This document shows, piece by piece, positions 13,971 to 20,000 of a DNA stretch of 20,000 nucleotides (its first letter is position 1; every line of letters starts with the position of its first letter). Source of the stretch: an uncultured virus (IMG/VR IMGVR_UViG_3300031857_021139) (taxonomy: Duplodnaviria > Heunggongvirae > Uroviricota > Caudoviricetes). A model generated the notes under the pieces. The model had not been told where the DNA came from. It searched no databases and saw nothing but the letters and a program-made list of their open reading frames with translations. A program made the translations under genes and the position numbers. The stretch lies in the IMG/VR virus record IMGVR_UViG_3300031857_021139; one strand, written 5' to 3'.

Positions 13971-15263
13971 TTAGGACTTCATGATATAGGCCAGCGCATA
14001 GTACGGCGGCAAATTGGCATTGGTACCGCTGGTACCACTGCTGGCCACTGTGGTAGCAACCGTTATGCCCGTGACCGCGGAGCCGGTATTAGATGTGACT
14101 GTGGAATCTGGAGCACTACCAGAAAAATACTGTGCATCGCTGCCTGTTGGTCCTTGATAAGTGTGATTGTGCCCTGGGTCAGTGACCACGCTGGTGGCCG
14201 TGTGCGTATGTGAAACCACTATGGAGTCTGCGCTGCCACCCGTGGTGCCTGGATTGTACGTACTACCTGCGCCCACGATGAACCTATTGCGCAGATCAGG
14301 AGTACCACTGGAACCGTTGCACAGCAACCATCCTGTAGGTATCGAGGCCACGGATCCGGACCACATCACTATTACACCGCTGGGCAAAATGTTGGTCAGG
14401 CTGTTGGACACAAAAGCCGTGGTGGCCACTTGTGTATTGCTGACACCGTTGGCCGCGGTAGGTGCCGTGGCCACGCCAGTCAGTGTAGATGTACCACTGA
14501 TAGATAAATTGCCCCCGGTGACGTTGCCCGTGGCTGTGAGTGCCCCGGCTGTGGTAATTGTTCCCGTGGCCGAAATCACGCCCGAGGTCAGTAGATTACC
14601 TCCGGTGACATTGCCCGTGGCTGAAATCAATCCTGTGGTGCGTAAATTGCCACCCTGTACATTGCCAGTCAAAGAAGCAGTGGTAGCAGTGATGTCCGTG
14701 GCTGTGATCTGGCTGACAGATAGGTTGCCACCAGTGATGTTGCCAGTGGCAGAAACCAGACCGGCCGTGATGATGTTGCCTCCAGTGACGTTACCCGTGG
14801 CTGAAATCAATCCTGTGGTGCGTAAATTGCCACCCTGTACATTGCCAGTGACCGACAGTGATCCCAAAGTACCAACCGTAGTAATGCCTGGTTGGCTGGG
14901 CGTGCTTAGTGTGCCTGTGAGCGTGACTGATGTTACTTGTGTGGCTGTCATGGTACCCACTGTCAACACGTTGCTCACGGTGAGATCTGCCAATGACCCA
15001 ATTTCTGTGATGTTGGGCTGGCTGGCAGTTTGCAGTGTGCCGTTGATGATATTGGCTGTGATTGTGCCGCTGGTGATAGTGCCAGAGCAGAGCAGTGTAG
15101 TCACTGTGCCCAGAGATGTGATATTGGGTTGCGCAGCTGCCGTGACCGTGGCTGCGGCCACTGCCAACGGTGGCACGAGGCTTTCAAGATAGGTGAAATT
15201 CTCGTCTAACTCGTTGAGCGGTATGCTTCCAGACTGTGTTCCAAAGGTATAAGGCAGCGCCAT
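13971..15263 (-). CDS. tail fibre protein with TGN(V/I)TGGN repeats and C-terminal tail-collar domain
   Basis: PSGVIVMWSG...IPTGWLLCNG...TPDLRNRF (collar), HTH/HNH motifs, ending NLPPYYALAYIMK (T4 gp12/gp37-tip-like); QPNIT and 17-aa repeats in the shaft. Confidence 0.88.
   Translation of the reverse strand: MALPYTFGTQSGSIPLNELDENFTYLESLVPPLAVAAATVTAAAQPNITSLGTVTTLLCSGTITSGTITANIINGTLQTASQPNITEIGSLADLTVSNVLTVGTMTATQVTSVTLTGTLSTPSQPGITTVGTLGSLSVTGNVQGGNLRTTGLISATGNVTGGNIITAGLVSATGNITGGNLSVSQITATDITATTASLTGNVQGGNLRTTGLISATGNVTGGNLLTSGVISATGTITTAGALTATGNVTGGNLSISGTSTLTGVATAPTAANGVSNTQVATTAFVSNSLTNILPSGVIVMWSGSVASIPTGWLLCNGSSGTPDLRNRFIVGAGSTYNPGTTGGSADSIVVSHTHTATSVVTDPGHNHTYQGPTGSDAQYFSGSAPDSTVTSNTGSAVTGITVATTVASSGTSGTNANLPPYYALAYIMKS
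14614..14849. repeat. exact 56 bp direct repeat inside the tail fibre gene (14614-14669 and 14794-14849)
   Basis: cccgtggctgaaatcaatcctgtggtgcgtaaattgccaccctgtacattgccagt occurs twice, 180 bp apart, encoding TGNVQGGNLRTTGLISATG. Confidence 0.95.
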
Positions 15264-15265
15264 GA

Positions 15266-18031
15266 TTATTCCAAAATGTTGATACGGGGAAATACCAGAT
15301 ATTTATCGAACGAATCCGTGGCTACCCAGCGCACAGCAGGTGTGATAAATCGCGTGGCGCCCCCGTCAAATATGGTACCTGTGCTGGGTATGCCTGATGG
15401 TGGAGTGACCCAGAATATTGTTTCGTTGTTGATATTGTCCCAGAACGTGGTGAATCCATTGTTGTTTTGCCATCCAACCAGGACAGAATTAGTTGAAAAC
15501 AGATCAAACGTTGTAGCCACAGGCGGTTGTGGATCCCAAAGATTGGTCGCAGGATTCCATTGATAGGTCTGGCTGCGATCTATTTCATAGCGATCGACCT
15601 TGAAGTCAATGACATTGAGATCTTGATTGAAGTTTTCACGTATGTTATAAGCCACTCGGCCGCTCTCCCCCGGATTGGTGTAGCATATCACCCAGGCCGG
15701 AGTGAATCCCAACACACGCCCGTTGGTCTGTTTGGATGTCATCCACAGCGGTAATACCGGTGTCAGCGGTGGGGGGATCTGGCCCACAGTGTCAATGACC
15801 TGGGTGCGCATGTTGATCAAGCTGTTGGGATAGACCTTGTCTATTTCGGTGCTGTCACCTTCGTTTACAGGGTAAGGCAGATTGACTTCTTTGCTCACGC
15901 TCTGGCCTTGATTGTTTACCAAATCATCAATGACTTCGCTGTATACGACTTCATACAATACCTGGCCATTGGCATCCAGGGCTTGGGCTGTTTTGATCTC
16001 GCCCAGGGTGAGATTTTTCCAATAATGATTGATGTCCAGGCTCTGCACATACAGTGACAGGCTTTCAACGTCCAGTCCGTAAGCATGCACATAGGTCACA
16101 TTCCTGGCCACGCCAAAATTGGGATCGTCAGGACGATATAGCAAATCTACAGGTATGATGTCTTGATTCTGCACCAGATCCTCGATCAGGTCACGATCAT
16201 CTTGCGGCGGCATGCACTTGATATACAGGCTCTGATATGGTTCATTGAAGTAGCGATCCACGGTCACTGTAAATCTGCGGAACACACTCACAGCATTGGT
16301 CAGTTCGGCTTCAATCACCCGGGCGACAGCAGTGGCTCCGGTACCCCCGCCACCGGTTATGGTCACTGTGGGCGCTGTTGTGTAACCACGTCCAGGGTTA
16401 CCAATGGCTATAGCAGTGATCACACCGTTTACTATGGTGGCTACTCCAGCCGTGGCTTGTATGGCATTGATAGTGTTGGGCGGTGCCGATATGCTTATAG
16501 TGGGCTGGGTATTGTAGCCTGATCCACCATTGGTGACCACGATGGTACCAACCTGGTATCCCACCTGCTCAGTCTCACTGCTGAACGCATTGACCGTGAA
16601 ATCAAACTTTAAATCAAAGGTAGTAGGAGCCTGGACCAAGCGAGTCTGTATTTCAGTGTCAAAGGTCGTGGTGCCACCATCCAAGGCAAAGGTATTGAAA
16701 CTCACACGACCCGTGATGTTGCCCGACGGTTGCAAAGTCAGTCCCTGAGGCAATTTGCTGTCAGTACCTGGGGCTATGCGATACTGTAGACTGCGACCGC
16801 CGCGATTGATCGCTGCCACGTACAAGGTAGATGTGGCCCCGTTGAGTATGGTGCCAAGATCGGGTTCTGTAAGCCAGGTCACTTCAGTATCGACCTGTCC
16901 TATGATAGTGATTGTGAAGTAATAGAAAGGTGATATGAACGTGGGAGCATTGGCCTTGAACACGCGAATGGCAAATCTATAAGTCTGCTCTGTGGCACCT
17001 TGGTCTGGTATGTAACCATAAAACCACCCGGTGTCAGGGTTGATGCTCAATCCTGGCGGCAAGCTGAATGCTCCGCGATCAAAACCTATACCAGTTTCAT
17101 CAAACAAGGTTTCGTCGTAGCCAATGCCGGCACCCGTGGTGATGGAATACTCAATGGGGTCACCATCAAAGTCAATGGCATCAAATTTAAATGCATAAAA
17201 GTTATCGGCACGCACACGACCAAGATCCCCGGGCGGTGTCAGTAGCACAGGGGTGCGTGTGGGCATGACATCAGCCGTGATAAAGGTGTTGTCTGCGGTA
17301 AAGTCTGTGGTGTCGGCACTCATGGAGTCTTTGCTATACACAAAGATCTCAAAGGTACGGAAATTGCTTTCTACTCCATCACTGAGTTCCAGGGTGAATT
17401 GGAAGTTAGTGCTGGCAGATCTCGTGCTGAAATCAAAAGGATATTCATCATAGGCCGTGGTCGAATATCCGGCCTGGGCGCCAATACCCGGAGGAACCAA
17501 GGGCTCGATCACACCGGCAATGATTCCTGTGCGCGGATCAAGTGCAAGACCAGCAGGCAAGGCACCGGCGAACACGGTCATGCGCACTTCTTGGTCTGGA
17601 TCAGTGTCAGTAAACTCTATGGGAATGACCACCTCAGATCCATCATAGAAAGTACCCACGTTGCCCGCAGGTGTGACAAAATCTGGCACGTCTTGGCCAG
17701 TCACTGTGAGAGTGAATGTGCGATCGGCTACCCGATCCACCACTTCTACACCGTTGACGATCCTTTCGGTATAGGCACGTACAGCAAATTTGCTGGTCAC
17801 ATCGCGGCTGACTTCGGTTGGTACACCTTGTATGCTTGACAAGGCCTTGGGCACACCTTCGATTATACCGGTCTGGCGGCACTGGATGCCGTCGGGCAAT
17901 TCTCCCGATATCAAGCGATAATAGATCTCCCCGCCATCAGGATCCTCGGCCTTGAGCGTGAGTTGATAAAACACGCCCTCGGGTATGGTACCCACGGATC
18001 CTGCAGAGGTCAGCCAGACTGGTTGTGCCAT
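15266..18031 (-). CDS. large baseplate/structural protein with putative Ig-like (He_PIG-type) repeats
   Basis: 921 aa. Repeated GxLPxGL...TGxIxG motifs (ELPDGI, ALPAGL, SLPPGL, KLPQGL) and GGSGY/PGRGYTTAPTVTITGGGG repeats typical of baseplate-wedge proteins in T4-like phages. Confidence 0.8.
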   Translation of the reverse strand: MAQPVWLTSAGSVGTIPEGVFYQLTLKAEDPDGGEIYYRLISGELPDGIQCRQTGIIEGVPKALSSIQGVPTEVSRDVTSKFAVRAYTERIVNGVEVVDRVADRTFTLTVTGQDVPDFVTPAGNVGTFYDGSEVVIPIEFTDTDPDQEVRMTVFAGALPAGLALDPRTGIIAGVIEPLVPPGIGAQAGYSTTAYDEYPFDFSTRSASTNFQFTLELSDGVESNFRTFEIFVYSKDSMSADTTDFTADNTFITADVMPTRTPVLLTPPGDLGRVRADNFYAFKFDAIDFDGDPIEYSITTGAGIGYDETLFDETGIGFDRGAFSLPPGLSINPDTGWFYGYIPDQGATEQTYRFAIRVFKANAPTFISPFYYFTITIIGQVDTEVTWLTEPDLGTILNGATSTLYVAAINRGGRSLQYRIAPGTDSKLPQGLTLQPSGNITGRVSFNTFALDGGTTTFDTEIQTRLVQAPTTFDLKFDFTVNAFSSETEQVGYQVGTIVVTNGGSGYNTQPTISISAPPNTINAIQATAGVATIVNGVITAIAIGNPGRGYTTAPTVTITGGGGTGATAVARVIEAELTNAVSVFRRFTVTVDRYFNEPYQSLYIKCMPPQDDRDLIEDLVQNQDIIPVDLLYRPDDPNFGVARNVTYVHAYGLDVESLSLYVQSLDINHYWKNLTLGEIKTAQALDANGQVLYEVVYSEVIDDLVNNQGQSVSKEVNLPYPVNEGDSTEIDKVYPNSLINMRTQVIDTVGQIPPPLTPVLPLWMTSKQTNGRVLGFTPAWVICYTNPGESGRVAYNIRENFNQDLNVIDFKVDRYEIDRSQTYQWNPATNLWDPQPPVATTFDLFSTNSVLVGWQNNNGFTTFWDNINNETIFWVTPPSGIPSTGTIFDGGATRFITPAVRWVATDSFDKYLVFPRINILE

Positions 18032-18291
18032 TAGAATGTGTTTCCTGCTATGCGCCTCCAGATCTCACTGGACCCATCGTAGTCTTGGAAGCAGTAATAA
18101 AAAAATCCTGCGTCCGCGGCATAGGTGCCCTCGGCGTCGCCCACTGTGCCAACGGCTGTAGCAGGTACGTTTTGTTGATACCTGCTGTATAATTCGCCAA
18201 AATTGCTGTTGCATTTTTGGTAGGCCGTGCGTAGCGGGTCGCCCGTGCCGTCGTTGGGTGCTGTGCCTACGTTGATTACTTCTCTTGCCAT
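18031..18291 (-). CDS. small structural protein with T4 gp9/gp10-like N-terminal motif
   Basis: VINVGTAPNDGTGDPLRTAYQKCNSNFGELY resembles the gp9/gp10 N-terminus (DGTGDxLR...NxNFxELY); GAGGT SD; TAATG coupling to the next gene. Confidence 0.8.
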   Translation of the reverse strand: MAREVINVGTAPNDGTGDPLRTAYQKCNSNFGELYSRYQQNVPATAVGTVGDAEGTYAADAGFFYYCFQDYDGSSEIWRRIAGNTF

Positions 18292-18310
18292 GTTCTACCT
18301 CGCTTTGGAG

Positions 18311-18316
18311 TATTTA
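18311..18316 (-). promoter_or_regulatory. TAAATA late-promoter-like motif
   Basis: Minus strand gcTAAATActccaaagcgaggtagaacATG in a 42 bp intergenic gap. Confidence 0.65.
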
Positions 18317-18333
18317 GCGGATTTTGACAGGCT

Positions 18334-19023
18334 TTACACTCCGTAAAGACCGCGTGTTTGACTGAACAACACAGATTGTTCTGTGGATGTTATCACGCGA
18401 TTGTACACCCAGGCCTGGGCGATTCTACCGCTGAGAGCGTTGCCCGGTGTTCCGCCCAGGTCTTGGAAAGCCGCCAAGAGCATCTGCCCGCCTGTGGGAG
18501 CGGTGGTTTGTGCGGTATAGGTGCTGTCAAACGCACCATTCACAAACAAGGTCATGCCAGCCGCGGTGCTGAAAGTCAAACAAGCAAAATACCAAGTGTT
18601 GATGACAAAGGTGGTCACGGATGGAAATGAAGTGATGGGATTGGTCCATGCGGTATGACCACAGTACATGTTGCTACGACCAGCACCAAAGAACATGAAA
18701 TGTCCTCCGGTGTTACTGCTCAAAAGATTGTTGTCAGTGGCAGTGGTGGCGATCTGGAACCACACACATTTGCTGTAGGCCGTGGTGTTCATGGGTGATC
18801 CAGCCACGGTGGCAAACTGTGTGGTGCCGTTGAATGTGAAATAACCACCGGCACCGGAAGTGTAGGCAGGACTGGCGATCAAGGTGGCATCTGTGTTGTT
18901 GACCGTGAGATCGTCCCAGGCAGTGCCCGATCCTGAATAACTGCTGGGATTGCCAGCGTCAAGATACATTACAGGGCCCTGAGGCACCATGTTGCTCAGT
19001 GCCGCTTGAATCGCACCGGCCAT
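18334..19023 (-). CDS. LamG/concanavalin A-like lectin-domain virion protein
   Basis: YLDAGNPSSYSGSGTAWDDL...FNGTTQ...WYFACLTF...LFVNG...GRIAQAWVYNRVIT. Start reassigned to ATG 19023 (TAATG overlap). Confidence 0.85.
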   Translation of the reverse strand: MAGAIQAALSNMVPQGPVMYLDAGNPSSYSGSGTAWDDLTVNNTDATLIASPAYTSGAGGYFTFNGTTQFATVAGSPMNTTAYSKCVWFQIATTATDNNLLSSNTGGHFMFFGAGRSNMYCGHTAWTNPITSFPSVTTFVINTWYFACLTFSTAAGMTLFVNGAFDSTYTAQTTAPTGGQMLLAAFQDLGGTPGNALSGRIAQAWVYNRVITSTEQSVLFSQTRGLYGV

Positions 19024-20000
19024 TAGATCACCCCGGCACCGCTGACGAACCAAGTATCCGTTGCTACCTTGATCAATGTGGCCATACCAAATGTAGTCAC
19101 TGTCCTGTTTCCAGATGTGGCATTGCCAGTTAGATACAAGGTTACACCAGATCCCTGAGCTAGGGTGATGTTGCCCGTGCCTTGATTGACCACTGTGATG
19201 GCAGCACCTGTCTGGAACCCTTGGCTGGCGTTGTTGGCTATTGTAAGGATATAGTCGGTGCTTTGTGTTGAGTAGAAATGCTTGCCGGCATCGGCAGTGG
19301 CAATAGTTGCATTACCAATGAAACTCACTTGTGGAATATCTCTGTAGCCTATGGCGAAGCCGGCCGTGTTACCTGTGATGTTGCCTGTGGCGATGATGTT
19401 ACCACCGGTGACATTGCCTGTGGCACTTATCAGGCCTCCTGTTAAGATGTTGCCACCAGTGATGTTGCCTGTGGCACCAGGCACGGCACTGGAATTTACA
19501 TTCAATGCACCAGCATTGATAATTCCATCTGCTGTAATGTCAAGTGACTGCACAAGCCCTTGACCAGTGCTGATATTTCCAGCAGTGATGTTGCCTGTGA
19601 CACTTATGACATTGCCATAGGTGATTTCCTTGCTGGTAGTGTTGTAGAACATGACCTCAGCCACATTGGCCACATCATTTCTAACCGGTGCCACTGTGAA
19701 TGTGTTGGCAGTGGTTTGATCCAAGTTGGCACCAGTGGCATTTAAAATGATTGAGTTGTTGGCCTGGAAGGTACGGCCAGCTAATGTACCAATGGCTACT
19801 GCTGCAATACCCTGTGTCAACGAACCAGCACTTGCACCAACGGCCACAGCATCAACACCTTGAGAGGTTTGGCCAGCACCAACGCCAACGGCCACTGTGT
19901 TAGCACTTTGGTTAGTAAAACCAGCGGATTGACCAACGGCCACTGCGCTATTACCTTGCGAGGTATCGCCAGCACTCACACCAATTGCCACCGCGGCCCC
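19023..20000 (-). CDS. tail fibre / adhesin-like protein, 5' end truncated by the window edge
   Basis: Frame open to 20000. 16-aa YadA-head-like repeats (QGxxAVAxGxxAGxxx), TGNITGGNI repeats and a C-terminal domain IGYRDIPQ...ATLIKVATDTWFVSG. Confidence 0.85.
   Translation of the reverse strand, partial: GAAVAIGVSAGDTSQGNSAVAVGQSAGFTNQSANTVAVGVGAGQTSQGVDAVAVGASAGSLTQGIAAVAIGTLAGRTFQANNSIILNATGANLDQTTANTFTVAPVRNDVANVAEVMFYNTTSKEITYGNVISVTGNITAGNISTGQGLVQSLDITADGIINAGALNVNSSAVPGATGNITGGNILTGGLISATGNVTGGNIIATGNITGNTAGFAIGYRDIPQVSFIGNATIATADAGKHFYSTQSTDYILTIANNASQGFQTGAAITVVNQGTGNITLAQGSGVTLYLTGNATSGNRTVTTFGMATLIKVATDTWFVSGAGVI
19760..20000 (-). repeat. 48 bp (16 aa) degenerate tandem coding repeat
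   Basis: QGNSAVAVGQSAGFTN / QSANTVAVGVGAGQTS / QGVDAVAVGASAGSLT / QGIAAVAIGTLAGRTF. Confidence 0.85.

Noticed and set aside
14614..14849. Direct repeat as a DGR TR/VR pair or CRISPR
   Set aside because: Copies are identical with no adenine-specific mismatches, in frame within one gene, only two copies; no reverse transcriptase or cas gene in the window.
14167..15192. 341 aa plus-strand ORF rich in V/P/A
   Set aside because: Antisense shadow of the Thr/Gly/Asn repeat tail fibre gene; codon bias explains the lack of stops.
1..20000. Stop-codon reassignment as seen in some large phages
   Set aside because: Genes tile the window under code 11, and TAA, TGA and TAG all end recognisable proteins at expected positions (phoH and the clamp loader end in TAG).

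Overview
A densely coding 20 kb segment of a large tailed dsDNA phage, mostly on the minus strand. Gene content resembles T4-related/RaK2-like large myoviruses (inference); spanins point to a Gram-negative host. From right to left: (1) a tail/baseplate structural module, 13005->20000; (2) an intrinsic terminator superimposed on a near-consensus sigma70 promoter; (3) a replication/chaperone block with a degenerate QueD-like ORF, a stand-alone DnaE fragment, GroES and an RFC/gp44-like clamp loader; (4) phoH and hypothetical genes; (5) an accessory enzyme set of two sulfotransferase-fold ORFs, three SGNH-like ORFs and an APS-kinase-like/HIGH-nucleotidyltransferase fusion; (6) a four-gene lysis cassette (M15 endolysin, i-spanin, o-spanin, putative holin); (7) a sigma70-driven, apparently leaderless dnaJ running off the left edge. 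A TAARTA motif resembling the T4 late promoter core precedes many genes. The best candidate for an undescribed system is the accessory set, possibly a late-expressed donor-synthesis plus sulfo/acyl-transfer module. No tRNA, rRNA, CRISPR array or IS element was seen. All family calls come from motif recognition by eye, not database searches.
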